A DNA stretch of 64,000 bases from the human T2T-CHM13v2.0 reference genome, Homo sapiens. Positions 1 through 26,279 of the stretch are shown here, piece after piece; the stretch's first letter is position 1; each line of letters starts with the position of its first letter. The DNA lies in the NCBI RefSeq assembly GCF_009914755.1, contig NC_060945.1; one strand, 5' to 3'. The notes beneath the pieces were generated by a model. The model was not told where the DNA came from. It saw nothing but the letters and a program-made list of their open reading frames with translations, and made no database searches. The position numbers and the translations under genes were made by a program.

Positions 1-19
1 GTATTCTGTTTTATTTTTT

Positions 20-615
<596 letters not shown>

Positions 616-1211
616 ATATATTAAAAAGTAGGAGTAATGAATGGAAATACTTTCAGCAATCCAAACACTATAGAAAGTACACATTGCAAAGTAAAATCAC
701 ATTCTGCTCTTCCCCCTTTCCTTTGTCTAAAGATAACAAACATCAATTGTGTTTTATGGCTTCAGTCTTTTGAAAAATTCCTTTTTTGTGTGTTTTTCTT
801 TTCTGGGCCTTTTTTTCTTTTAAAATGTTTACTTTTTTGTGTTTTGAACAAATTTGGCTACTTTTTCATTTAAAAATTAAAAATTATATTTTATTGTTTC
901 TTTTACTTGTTTAAAGTACATCTTTTCAGACTTAAAAACAATTAAACCTGGGTCAATTTCAGAAAGGATTTAAGATGACCCCGAATTTTGCTGGCTTTTC
1001 ACAGAAAAATGCTAGAAGTCTTATCCTCACTCCTTCATGTGATGCTTAAGATAAAAACTAAATAATCACATCTGACTTTGTTGAGTTTTCTTGATAAATC
1101 AGTTTTATTGACAAATAAAGCCTGGTCCAATAATGAGTTTATCCTAAATAAACCAAACATAGTCCAAATTCTGATGGCATCAACCTCCACAGTTTAAAAT
1201 ATGCTGCGTGT

Positions 1212-1497
1212 GCCAGGTGAGATGGTTCACCCCTGTAATCCCAGCACTTTGGGAGACCGAGGCAGGTGGATCACTTGAGTCCAGGAGGTCGAGACCTGCC
1301 TGGACATGGTGAAACCCCTTCTCTACTAAAAATACAAAAAATTCACCAGGCGTGGTGACACGTGCCTGTAGTCTCAGCCACTTGGGAGGCTGAGGTGGGA
1401 GGATCACCTGAGCCTGGGGAGGTTGAGGCTGCAGTGAGCCAAAATCACACCACTGCACTCCAGCTTGGGAGACAGAAAGAGACCCTGCTCAAAAAAG
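1212..1497 (+). mobile_element. Alu
   Basis: Dimeric Alu consensus with A tail. Confidence 0.92.
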
Positions 1498-1746
1498 TTG
1501 ATTAATATATGCTGTATGATAGTTTTACATTACATTAATTCTAAATTACTTAGAATCTGGCCAGCTTAGTGCAAATACAAAACAAGGCACTTTAGCTATG
1601 GCTAGCAATGGAATCACATATACTGTGGGTCAGACATTTTTGATAGCAAGGATATGGTGAGCTTGGGGCCTCCTTAGCTCTCTGATTGTTACAATTACGT
1701 GAATTAACTAAAAGTCTCAAACCTAAGAGCTCCAGGGTTTTGGTCA

Positions 1747-2070
<324 letters not shown>

Positions 2071-2116
2071 AAATGTGTGCCTGCCCCCTAACATATATTC
2101 ACTTATGAATTATATG

Positions 2117-2198
2117 TTATGTTGAGCCATTTGAAATTGCTGATGCTTTACCATTTTTAACCTACAAAAAAAGGCAATTTCATATGGTTCAACCAACA
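2117..2198. mobile_element. MADE2-like mariner-derived MITE
   Basis: About 80 bp with terminal inverted repeats gttgagccatttgaaattgc / gcaatttcatatggttcaac. Confidence 0.8.
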
Positions 2199-2267
2199 TG
2201 TACTATTGGGATAATATATTGCGCATTACAAAATATACACAAGACGTATATTTTAAAGGAAAGCCCA

Positions 2268-2391
2268 AGTTGGGCATGGTGGCTTACACCTGTAATCCCA
2301 GCACTTTGGGAGGCCAAGGCTGGAGGATCACTTGTGACCAGCCTGGGCAACATAGCAAGACCACATCTCTACAAAAAAAAAAAAAAAAAAA
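2268..2391 (+). mobile_element. Alu monomer (FLAM-like) with poly(A)
   Basis: Left-arm sequence followed directly by an A19 tract. Confidence 0.85.
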
Positions 2392-3134
2392 GCAAATAAG
2401 CAATTTCATCACTTTTTAAAACTTGTATTTTAAGTTCAGAGGTACATGTGCAGGTTTGTTACATAGGTAAATGCATATCATGGGGTCTTTTTATACAGAT
2501 TATTTCATCACCCAGGTATTAAGCCTAGTACCCATTTGTTATTTTTTCTGATCCTCTCCTTCCTTCCACCCACCACCCTCCTATGGGCCCCAAATGTGCG
2601 TTGTTCCTCTCTGTGTGTCCATGTGTTCTCATCATTTAGCTCCCACTTGTAAGTGAGAACATGCAGTATTTGGTTTTCTATTCCTGCATTAGTTTGCTAA
2701 GGATAATGGTCTCCAGCTCCATCCACACTCCTGCAAAGGATATGATCTTGTTCCTTTTTATGGCTGCGAAATATTCCATGGTGTATATGTACCACATTTT
2801 CTCTGTCCAGTCTACCATTGATGGGCATTTAGGTTGATTCCATGTCTTTGCTACTGTGAACAGTGTTGCAATGAACATACACGTGTTTGTGTCTTTTTAA
2901 AATAATTTTTATTTTAGGTTTGGGGTACATGTGAAGTTTTGTTATACAGGTAAACTCGTGTCACAGGGGTTTGTTGTACGGATTATTTCATCGTCCAGGT
3001 ATTAAGCCTAGTACTCAATAATTATTTTTTCTGCTCCTCTCCCTCCTCCCTCCATCCTCAAGTAGGCCCTAGCATCTGTTGTTCCCCTCTTTGTGTGCAC
3101 GAGTTCTCGTCGTTTAGCTCCCACTTATAAGTGA

Positions 3135-3522
<388 letters not shown>

Positions 3523-4206
3523 GATCTTGTTCTTTTTTATGGCTGCATAATATTCCACATTTTCTTTATGCAATCTGCCATTGATGGGCATTTAGACTGA
3601 TTCCAGTGGGTGTCTTTATGGTAGAATGATTTATATTCCTTTGGGTATATACCCAGTAATGGGATTGCTGGGTCGAATGGTAGTTCTGTTTTGAGATCTT
3701 TGAGGATTCTCCACTCTGCTTTCCACAATAGTTGAACTAATTTACTTTCCTACCAACAGTGTATAAGCGTTCCCTTTTCTCTGCAACCTCACTAGAATCT
3801 GTTTTTGTTTTGTTTTGTTTTGTTTTGTTTGCTTTTTAACAATAGCCATTCTGACTGGTGTGTGATGGTATCTTATGGTTTTGATTTGCATTTCTCTAAT
3901 GATCAGTGATGTTGAGCTTTTTTTCATGTTGGCCACATTTATGTCTTCTTTTGAGAAGTGTCTATTCAAGCCCTTTTCCCACTTTTTAATGGAGTTGTTT
4001 GTTTTTTTCTCTTGCAAATTTGTTTAAGTACCTTATAGATGTTAGATATTGGACCTTTGTCCAATGTATAGTTTGCAAAATTTCTCTCCCATTCTCTAGG
4101 TTGTCTTCTTACTCTGATGATAGTTTCTTTTGCTGTGCAGAAGCTCTTTAGTTTAATAGATCCCATTTGTCAATTTTTGCTTTTGTTACAATTGCTTTTG
4201 GCATCT

Positions 4207-4576
<370 letters not shown>

Positions 4577-5067
4577 TAGGTTGTCTTCCGGGGTTTTTAT
4601 AGTTCTAGGTTTTACATGTAAGTCTTTAATCCATCTTGAGATGATTTTTGTATATGGTATAAGGAAGGGGTCCAGTTTCAATCTTCTACATATGGCTAGC
4701 CAGTTATCCCAGCACCATTTATTAAATAGGGAGTCCTTTCCCCATTGCTTTTTTTTTTTTTTTTTTTTTTTTGGTCACCTTTGTTAAAGATCAGATGGTT
4801 ATAGGTGTGTGGCCTTATTTCTGGGCTCTCTATTCTGTTCCATCCGTCTATGTGTCTGTTTTTGTACCAGTACCATGTTGTTTTGGTTACTGTAACCCTG
4901 TAGTTTGGCTTGATGTCAGGTAGGGTAATGTCCCCAGCTTTGTTCTTTTTACTTAGGATTGCCTTCACTATTTGGGCTCTTTTTTTTGTTCCATATGAAT
5001 TTTTAAAATAGTTTTTTCTAGTTCTATGAAGAATGTCATTGGAAGTTTGATAGAATAACGTTGAATT

Positions 5068-5452
<385 letters not shown>

Positions 5453-5939
5453 TTATTTGTGTCATTTCTGATTTCTTTGAGCAGGGTTTTGTAATTCTCA
5501 TTGCAGAGATCTTTCACTTCCCTGGTTAGCTGTATTCCTAGGTATTTTATTCTTTTTGTGGCGATTGTGAATGGGATTGAATTCCAATTTGACTCTTGCT
5601 GGCTGTTGTTGGTGTATAGGAATGCTGGTGATTTTTGCACATTGGTTTTGTATCCTGAGACTTTGCTGAAGTTGTTTATCAGCTGAAGGAGCTTTTTGGC
5701 CGAGACTTTAGAGTTTTCTAGATACAGGATCATGCCATCTGCAAAGATAGCTTGACTTCCTCTCTTTCCATTTGGAGATGCTCTTTATTTCTTTATCTTG
5801 CCTGATAAGCATTTAAATTATTAATAGTTCTTAAATCCTTTTATTCTCATGAAATAAATATATATACTAAATAATGTATACTGTGTACATATATATAATA
5901 TTTAAGCCACCTCACAGAGAAGCATGGATTCAAATAAAA

Positions 5940-7810
<1,871 letters not shown>

Positions 7811-7814
7811 AATT

Positions 7815-9001
<1,187 letters not shown>

Positions 9002-9891
9002 TCATAAAAGTGGAATCATAAAATATGTTTTTTTTTAATTTGGCTTCTAAATTATCTTTTAAAACTTAAAAAAAAATTTAGATTAAAAAAAAGCCCAGAA
9101 GTCTCAATACTGCACCCTGTCCCCACCAAACCATGGTCCCTTTCCACACTCGCCTGGGCTGTGCACGTCGACTGTGGTGAGGGCACAGCATTGATGCTGT
9201 CACCAGCACAGCCTTGATTTCGTTACAATCCAATTACCTCGGCTCAGAGAACAATTTATTCTGAATAAAGAAATAAGCAAATCCTTGTTTTGCAAATTTC
9301 TGCTGTTGGCCTAGAGAGTGACAGTGCCCCCAAAGATGGGCCAGCAGGGGCTCAAAGCATCCCACTCATTATGCTCTGCAGGAACGCTCCACTGCATGGG
9401 GCACATGCGTTTTCAGTAGCACTGTCTTCATGCAGAGAGAATAGAACGTTTGTTATCAAAGAAGACTGCAAAAAAGTAAAATCTGTACCACCAACAAGCC
9501 AATTCACTCACGAACTGTTCTTTTTAGGACTTAGGAGTAAATTCTGGTGGGCACCACACAGAGGAGTTTTAGACTATTTCAGGTAGATGTTAAAGTAAGG
9601 CATGAAAAGTAAGGTATAAAATGCTCCCTGAAATTATATGTTAAAGTAAGGTATAAAACTGCTCCCTGAAATTATATATAAGATTATTCTTTCTCTTTAT
9701 ATTCCAGAGGTGTATTTGAAGAGCACATTTTTTAGAGGGAAAGTCATAGCAATTTTGTTACAAATATTAACATCAAGGAAATAAAACCATCCTTCTTTCT
9801 AGGCTAGTTTTTCCATGTAAACTTTTAATTTTTTTTATATTTTGTATTTATTTTATTTTATTTTATTTATTTTTCGAGACAGCGTCTCAGC

Positions 9892-10574
<683 letters not shown>

Positions 10575-11086
10575 GACAGGGTCACACCCTGTCACCTCAG
10601 CTAGAGTGCAGTGGTGCAGTCACAGCTCACTGTGGCCTTGACCTCCCTGGCTCAAGCTATTGCCTTCCTCAGCCTCCCAAAGTGCTGGGATTACAGGCAT
10701 AAGCCACTGGGCCTGGCCCAATGTAAACTTTCTATTACAGAATAATACACCTATAGAAACTACATAAATCGTATACTTGATATAATTTGCAAAGTTAATA
10801 TGCTCATGTAAGCAGTACCCAGATCAAAAACAGAGCACAACTGGTCGCCTAGGATAACCCCTTGCACTCTCTTCCAGTCTCCATGCCTCTAAAACCGTAG
10901 ATACGATTTGTCTGGTTTTGAACTTGGTATCAAAGGGACCAAATGGTATGTGCTCTTCTGTGTCTGGCTTCCATCCTTAACATTGTGCTTGGGAGAATCA
11001 GCCAAACTGTGATGTGAAGCTGTAGGCAGCTCGTTCTCATTGCTGAGTAGAACTCTGTTGTGTCAATGTATTCACTGTCCTATTGA

Positions 11087-11783
<697 letters not shown>

Positions 11784-11927
11784 TAGAGGAAAAGAACAAA
11801 GTTACCAAACAGGCTGTTCTTTTCTTTGCGATCTTTACTAATGAACCAGAGCTTAGGGGTGCTGTTGTGTCCAGAAAGTGACCAGAGTCAGTGGGCTCTT
11901 TCTTCTTCCTAAATTGGGATTTTGTAA

Positions 11928-12472
<545 letters not shown>

Positions 12473-12874
12473 TAGGAATTCAATCTCTTAAGAAGATCCT
12501 GGAGAAGTCTAATAATTCTCTTCTGAAGGATCTATGAACTTACCAAGGCTTCAACTCATCTCATCTCTTTACATACAGAGAAAATTTAATTACAGAAAGC
12601 GTCAGATTGGAGAACAGAACCCACATCCTACAAATGCTCCTTCTCAGCAGGGAGCATGGCCCCCCCTCCCTGACCTCCCTTCCTCTGGGGTAGCATCCTT
12701 CACCAGGTTTTACTTACACTGACCACGGGCCACCTGTCGCTACTCTTTATCTGCTTCTATCGTACATCCCTACCATGCCAATTATAGATTTTACTAAGAT
12801 TGTTTTCTATTATTTTGGACCCTGAACAATCGACTGAACTGAAAGAGGTTTTATGTTTGTTTCCTTGAGCAGTT

Positions 12875-13165
12875 TATTTAATTTTTAGAGACAGGGTCTT
12901 GCTCCATCGCCCAGGCTGGAGTTCAGTGGAGCAATCAGCTCACTGTAGTCTCGAACTCCTAGACTCAAGTGATTCTCCCGTCTCAGCTTCCTGAGTATCT
13001 GGGACTACAGGTGCAACCATCATGCCCTGCTCATCGTTTTATTTTTTGTAGGGACAGAGTCTTGCTATGTTACCCAGGCTGGTCTCAAAACTCCTTGACT
13101 CAAGTGATGCTCTTGCCTCGATCTCCCACAGCCCTGGGATTACAGGCGTGAGCCACCGTGCCTGG
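12875..13165 (-). mobile_element. AluJ-like
   Basis: TSD tgagcagtttattt. Confidence 0.9.
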
Positions 13166-13997
13166 CATGAGCAGTTTATTTTTGTCACCTGTTTATTCTG
13201 TGATAGAAGGGTAATATATCAAAGAAGAGAAAAACTGTCCTATACAGAAACCACCAGAGGAAGAATTTGCTACTGTCCTGCAGAGCATGAATCATGTCTG
13301 CGTGACTCATTTTTGCAGAACTGCTGGTGAAAGGCCAATGCATAAATAGGTACTTTGTGATGATGATCATGAAAATGATGGATAATAAAAAGATACAAAC
13401 AGTTCTGACTGCCTTAGAAGGCAGTTGCTGGACAAATAAAAAATACAGTACTATTTTAATATTCTATTGCATCATTACTTGGTAATCATTACAAACAGAT
13501 TTGATTTTATAGTTTCAAATATTTCAAAAAGATGTTCAATGCCATTACAGAAATGCAAATTAAAACACAGTAAGATACTTCTACATCACTGTTAGAATGG
13601 ATACAATTTTATTTATTTATTTATTAAAATATTATTATTGTAAATTGACAAACTATAGTTGTACATATTTATGGGGTACAAAGTGATGTTATGATTTACA
13701 AATACAACTTGGGATAATTAAATCAAGTGAATTAACTATTCATCACCTCAAACTTCTTTTGTGGAGAGAACATTTGAAATTTTACTCTCTTAGCAATTTT
13801 GAAATGTACAATACACTATTATTAACTAAACTTACTATGCTGTGTAATAGATTGCAAAAAACCCCTTATTTCTCCTGCCTAACAGAGGCTTTGTAGTAGC
13901 CTCTGACCATCATTTACCCATTCCCTCCAGCCCCCAGCCTCTGGTAATCACCATCCTACTCTATGCTTCTATGAGGCTATTGTTTTAGATTCCACAT

Positions 13998-14331
13998 TAT
14001 ATTAGTCAGGGTTCTCTAGAGGGACAGAGCTAATAGGAGATATATATATAGAATATATACATAGAATATATATATAGAATATATACATAGAATACATATA
14101 TAGAATATATACATAGAATACATACATAGAATATATATAGAATATATATAGAATATATACATAGAATATATATAGAATATACATAGAATATATACATAGA
14201 ATATATACATAGAATATATATATAGAATATACATAGAATATATATAGTGTATATATAGTGTATATATATAGTATATATATAGTGTATATATAGTGTATAT
14301 ATATAGTATATATATAGTGTGTGTGTGTGTA

Positions 14332-14389
<58 letters not shown>

Positions 14390-14776
14390 GGAGATTATTA
14401 AATATTAACTCACATAATCACAAGGTCCCGCAGTAGGCCTTCTGCAGGCTTAGGAAGAAGAAGAGCCAGTTGGAGTTCCAAAACTGAAGAACTTGGAGTC
14501 CAATGTTTGAGGGCAGGAAGCATCCAGCATGAGAGAAAGATGTAGGCTGGAAGGCTGGGCCAGTCTAGTCTTTTCATATTTTTCTGCGTGCTTTATATTC
14601 TAGCCACACTGGCAGCCAATTAGATGGTGGCCACCCAGATTAAGGGTGGGTCTGCCTTTCCCAGCCCACTGACTCAAATGTTAATCTCCTTTGGCAACAC
14701 CCTCACAGACACACCCAGGATCAGTACTTTGCATCCTTCAATCCAATCAAGTTGACACTCAGTATCAACCATCACA
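13998..14776 (-). mobile_element. MLT2A (HERV-L) solo LTR with an expanded internal TA-rich tandem repeat
   Basis: Ends tattagtcagggttctctagagggacag and ccttcaatccaatcaagttgacactcagtatcaaccatcaca match MLT2A LTR termini. Confidence 0.88.
14040..14386. repeat. Complex TA-rich tandem array: (TAGAATATATACA)-like units, then (TATATAGTG)-like units, (TG)n and (TA)n
   Basis: Read directly from the sequence. Confidence 0.95.
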
Positions 14777-14960
14777 CATACATAAGTAAGATCACGTGGT
14801 ATTTGTTTTTCTGTGTGTGGCTTATTACACTTAACGTCATGTCTTCTGATTTCTTTTTTTTTGAGACTTGTTCCCCAGGCTAGAGTGCAATGGCATGATC
14901 TCGGCTCACTGCAACCTCCACCTCCCGGAAGTGATTATCCTACCTCAGCCTCCTAAGTAG

Positions 14961-15182
<222 letters not shown>

Positions 15183-15361
15183 TAAGACTAAAATTCCATT
15201 GTGGATATATGTTACATTTTCTTTATTTGTTCATCTATTGATGGACATTTAGATTGGTTCCATAATTTGGCTAGTGTAAATAGTGCTGCAGTGAAAATGG
15301 GAGCACAGACATCTCTTTGACATACTGATTTCAAATCTTTTGGGTAAATACCCAGAAATGA

Positions 15362-17325
<1,964 letters not shown>

Positions 17326-18827
17326 TTTTTTTTAAAGCATAGACTCTTATTATTAAGACAATATTTGTATCTTTTATTTAGCTACAGAGTCGCTACAGGA
17401 ATAATACATTTTTTGGGGGTGGAGGGCATGACAAAGTTTAAATTTTTAAGAAGTAACCCAAAGGAAAACATTCTAAAGAAATCTTTCAGTTTCTTCCCTG
17501 AGACCTCTGAGTTTTTTTACTCTCCTGGGTTTATTCATTAAGGCCCTGTCTTCTGAAGATGTGCAGTGACCTCTGAGTCATCAATCACTTAAAGGTAAAG
17601 AGGTCCCAGGTGTACTTTTAGAATAATGGGTTCAATTCCAAAGTAAGACATGAAGGGAGGACCAATTGCCTAGATCCAGGTCATCAGTAGGCTAGACCTT
17701 CCTGTCCTGCGTTCAAAGTGAGTATCTGGAATTACTTGAAACTCCAAGATTAGGTTGTTAAACAACATGGTAAGACCAATACCCAAATTTAAGTTAGGTG
17801 TAAGACTTAGGGCTTCAGATGTCAACAATACCAAACCATAATAGTCACCATTGTCATAAAGTGGGTGCTCTCCAGATATATCAACAGTACACCTGGAAAG
17901 TCCATCGTTTTCCAGAATTTTCTACAATAATATACTGGTCCCTAGCAACAGTTACCATATAGATGATTAAAAGACACTAAAATTTTTATTTTAAAATGCA
18001 GTTTTTATCAATATACAACAGATACAGAAAAGCAAGCATATCTTAAGTGCTCAATGAATTTTCAAAGGTAACATCCCTTCTATAACACCAACAAGGTTGA
18101 GAAATAGAAGATCACCATCACCCTGGAAGCCCCTCAAAGCCCCTCCCGGCTACCACACTCACTCTCTTCCTCAAAGATAACCACTATTCTGACTCTTAAC
18201 ACCATACATTTGTTTGCCCAGTTCTGAACTTTATATAAATGGAATCAACCACACTGTATGCACTCGTTTTTGTCTGGTTTATTTTACACTGTACATAAGT
18301 CAACCATAGTCTCTTGTAGGAATATGTCAACTATTTATTTATTCATTCTATTATTGATGTACATTTGTATTGCTTCCAGGGATTTTGGCTGTTATGAATA
18401 ATGCTGCTATGAACACTTTTGGGTTTGTTTTTTGTGCATTATCTGTGGACATTTCTGTTGAGAATATATCTAGGAGTGGATGTTGGCTGCTAGGGTATGT
18501 GTATGGTTAGCTTTAGTATACATCATTTTATTTGGCCAAAATCTAGAAAGCCACTTGAAGTGATGTAAGTGTAAACATACCTAAATGGAGAAATTTCCTA
18601 AATGTAAACACACGTTCATTCTTCATCAGAACTGATGGAGCAAACACTGTCACAGGCAGGACAACTGAGTATCAGTCACGAAGTTAGTGGAGTGTGATGT
18701 CTCACCAACATCACTTCGGAAGCCATCGCCTCCGTGGGGTTCGGGCCTTGGGAAATGAGCCCCACATGAACTTCCTGGCACTCCTGCCAGCTCCTTTCAG
18801 TGGAGTCTGGATGAACAAGGCTCATAG

Positions 18828-19200
<373 letters not shown>

Positions 19201-19859
19201 ACTTATTTTCTTTAAAAAACAAAAAAGCCAGGGGTAATTATTAGCACACAATTGCAGGCTGAGTCTCTCAGTTCCTGGAGGACACTTGTCTGCTGCTTTC
19301 TGGAGCTTGGTGGTCCTTTACCTCTGGGCAGGGCTAAAAGCTCTTGCCTGTGACTGGTTCTTCCTGGTGGCTGTGGGCTCATAATCTACCCCATGTCAGA
19401 GTCCATCTCTGACAGGATTTGAAGCCAGGGCACCTGGATTCAGCTCACAATGCTTCTAGTAGGATATTTTCATGGCCCAGGCTAATCTTAATAATCCAGT
19501 GTTTGTCCCCAGTGAAACCTTCCAGGGAGTTTCTACATCAGTTTCACTTCATGGTCTCTGAATTGGGTGTCCACTTGGGTTTGGGGAAGACTTTCTATGA
19601 AAACAAGGATCCCTTTGGCTTGCTGCCTATCCGTGGAAGTTGAAGCGTTAGTCAGAATTCCGACCTCAGACGCTTTTACACCCTAATGGGCCAGGCTGCA
19701 GAGAGGGCTCTATCTTCTTTTCTTTTAACTTTTCTTTAAAGTTGGATTCCTTCTGTAGCTGCTTGTTCTCTTCCATGTCTCTAGGGTATTTGTTAGTATA
19801 CACAAGAAACAGCTTCTTGAATAATGTCCATTATAGCTTCGCATTTAAATGACAATGAC

Positions 19860-20343
19860 TTCCTCCCTCTCCCTCTCCCTCTCCCTCTCCCTTCCCTTCC
19901 CCCTTTCCCCCCTTCCCTCTCCCTTCCCTCTCCCTTCCCTCTCCCTTCCCTCTCCCTTCCCTCTCCCTTCCCTTTCCCTTCCCTTTCCCTTCCCTCTCCT
20001 TTCCTCTCCTTTCCTCTCTTTTCCTCTCCTTTCCTTTCCTTTCCTGTCTCACAGGGCTTGCTCTGTTGCCCAGGCTGGAGTACACTGGTGTGATCATAGC
20101 TCACGGCAGCCTAGAACTCCTAGGTTCAAGCAATCCTTGAGGCTCAAGCTCAGCCTCCCATGTAACTGGAACTACGGGCACGCACCACCACGCCCAGCTA
20201 TTTAAAAAAAAAAAATTTTTTTTTATAGACAGGATGTCTTGCTATGTTGCCCAGGCTAGTATTGAACTCCTGGCCTCAAACAATCTTCCTGCCTCTGCCT
20301 CCTAAAGTTCTGGGATTACAAGCATGAGCCACTGCACCTGGCC
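19860..20343 (-). mobile_element. AluJ-like with a (TCCCT)n/(TCCCTC)n pyrimidine tail (19860-20045)
   Basis: Pure C/T tract followed by Alu consensus. Confidence 0.9.
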
Positions 20344-20759
20344 TGTTTTATTTATTTTCTACCATACTCTAAGGCTGCAAGTAGAGCAGCTGCAATGCCT
20401 GCTTTTAGCATTGGAGAACTTACCATATGCTCCTTACTTTCTGTTTTTGCTTGCTTTAAAAGTTGCCACAACTTTTGTCATTGTTATTTGTTAGTAGTAG
20501 AGAAGAACTTATATTCTCCAAGCTCAGATGGGGTTCCTGAATTTGGCCCTACTTTTTATGTTTTTATAAACCATTGACATGTACTAAAACTACTTGGGAC
20601 ATGACTTGCAAAAAACTTGTCATTGGTCAAATGGCAAATATTCACTACAAACGTATAGAACAACAAATCACCTACTTGCTTAGGTTTAAAATGGAAAGAA
20701 ATTATTTTGGATTCTATATTTTGGGATAACTTAACATTTTAAAGGTATTATTTATTGCA

Positions 20760-23948
<3,189 letters not shown>

Positions 23949-25718
23949 TTAGGGAACTTTGGGGATGTCTCCCAAGGCTACCACGCCTTCCAACTTGGCT
24001 GGACCAGATGGCTTCCCAGGGACAGCAGGCGGGCCAGGCCCAGGCTCGTAGAATCCCCATCTTGGGGCTCAGTCTCTGGTTCCCCTCTTCTGGTCTCTCC
24101 TGGCTGTGCTTTCATTCTGCAGCTCTCTCTTGGCCCTGCCCTGCCTCTCTCTGCCTTCCCCATGAATGCCCCCAAGGAGTCCCACGGCTCAGGCTTCCTG
24201 TCTGACCTTGCGGTCACTTCCTCCCTGTGTCCTGGAGGCTCCTGGGTCCAGCCACCATCCCTGGCCCACTGCTCTCTGTCCTGAGTGTTTTGCCCACAAC
24301 ATTTTTCTGGCCAGGCTGATAAGTCCAGAAAAGTTCAGTTTCCTTACCTGCGCTGTGGCTTTCTCTTGAAGTCAGGTGTCTTACACGGCAGGGGCCAACC
24401 TTGGAAGCCTGGCTGACTTGACTTGCTGCCTCCTGTCTTTCTCCTGTTCCTGAGCCCCCGCAGAGGCCGTCTCTATTTTAGGCATTAGTCCCTGCTGGCC
24501 TTGCTCTGATACCCAGTCCAGGTTGCACATTGCTTAGGGCCCTGCACTAGCAAGGACAGAGGACAGCTGGCCACCCCCCCCCCCCGAAACCTGCCTCCTC
24601 AGGGTCACTTTCCATCTCTCCTCAGGTGCCTGCCCCCTACCCAGGGACCCCCATCAATGGGCCCTGTCGGAATTTCCATCCAGGGCCCTCACAGGGAATC
24701 TGGTTAGAGATCAGAGGGGCTGCCAGGCAGAACAGGGGCACAGCCCATGCTGAGCTGTCCTGAGATAAGGGGTGGCTTCTGCCTGGGCAGCGGCCACTGC
24801 CCTGGGCCTCTCCTGACTGCCACGAGCCTGGACAGCAGGAGTTGTCCTTGCACCCCTGTAGGTCCCCAGAATGCTTGCAGTCTTCACAGCCTGTACCCTG
24901 CCACTGGGCCAACAGTGACCAACCTGGCCAAACATCCCGTGGACCCCTCTTTCCATATGCCCTCCTTTGTCACTGGCTGCTTGTTCATTGAACCACTTGA
25001 GTCATTCACTAAGAATGCATTGAATACCTACTATGTGCCAGGTACCATTCTAGGCCTTAGGGACATAGTGGTGAATAGGGCAGGTGACCCTCCCCCCACC
25101 CCCCAGAGCTCAAAGTCTAGTGGGAACACAAGTAATGAAACCAATGATCCTCTAAGTGGGATCTGCGTACTGGGGCCTAGCCACGGCCTGTGTTACCAGC
25201 CTGCGATGAGGTGGCCAGGAGTTGAGAGAAATGTTGAGAAACTTCTATAAGAATTTGACAGGGAAAGTTTTTGTTTATTGAGTCTAGTTTAAAAAAAAAA
25301 ATCAGGTTTCTATTGTTTGTCTTTTTTTTTAATTTTATTTTTCTAGCAATTCTTTTTTTTTGTTTGTTTTTGAGATGGAGTCTCACTCTGTCGCCCAGAC
25401 TGGAGTGCAGTGGGGTGATCTCGGCTTCCTCTGCTGCTACGAGGTGAAGCCAAGACAGGCCAACAAGCAGGGGCACGGTCCTATCAGCAGCAGCAGCTGG
25501 GGGTAAGTGTCTGAGGGATTCTCGGAGGAAGTGTTCACGTGCAGTAAAAGATGCCCAGGTTTGGGGTGAGCCCAGAGCAGACATGTGTGGTTTGCACATC
25601 CTTCCTTTTTCTGGTTGCAAAGCAAAAGGCAGATGCATCCTGACTCCACTGGGGTACTCAATTGTCCCATTCAGAAGGACATCATGATAAAGCAACATCT
25701 CACCAACAGTCCAAGCCC

Positions 25719-25833
25719 CTGCTCATTTCAGCTGCACGTATACTACAACTGGAATGATACAGAGAGGATTAGCATGGCTCCTGTGAAAGGATGACACACA
25801 AATTCATGAAGCGCTCCACATTAAAAAAAAAAA
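25719..25833 (+). pseudogene. Retroposed U6 snRNA pseudogene
   Basis: Full-length U6 similarity (tgctcatttcagctgcacgtatactac...gatacagagaggattagcatggc...aaattcatgaagcgctccacatt) with many substitutions. A11 tail and target-site duplication (TSD) agtccaa(g/t)cc on both sides. Confidence 0.93.
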
Positions 25834-26279
25834 GTCCAATCCTGAGACAGGTTTTTAAGAGCAGCTTTCTTGCAAAGGTTTAGCATGCAAACGACTTTTA
25901 AAGAAACTTTTTATGCCTTGGACACTTACTGACTGAGATAAGATGCTGCCAAGATGGAATTCTCTTTATGGAAGGATTTCCTCAAAGATACTATGTTGTG
26001 CAACCGGAAAAGAAAAGCTAAAGCACGGAAAAGGGAATTTGAACTCATAATTTTTCTGAGAAATAAGAGTAGGGTCTGATTCATAGATACGTTGGTTTAT
26101 CTGGCCTTCTATCAGTTGATGTTTGCGGGCTACAAAAAAGTGGCAATGGGTGCCCTTGCCAATGATACGGATGCTCCAGAAGTTTCTAAAGTATCTTGTA
26201 AATCTCCAAAAGGAAAAGCACATTATTTTACGTAATTTAAGAATTGTGCTTCCTATATTCTTTTTTTAAAAAAAACATG

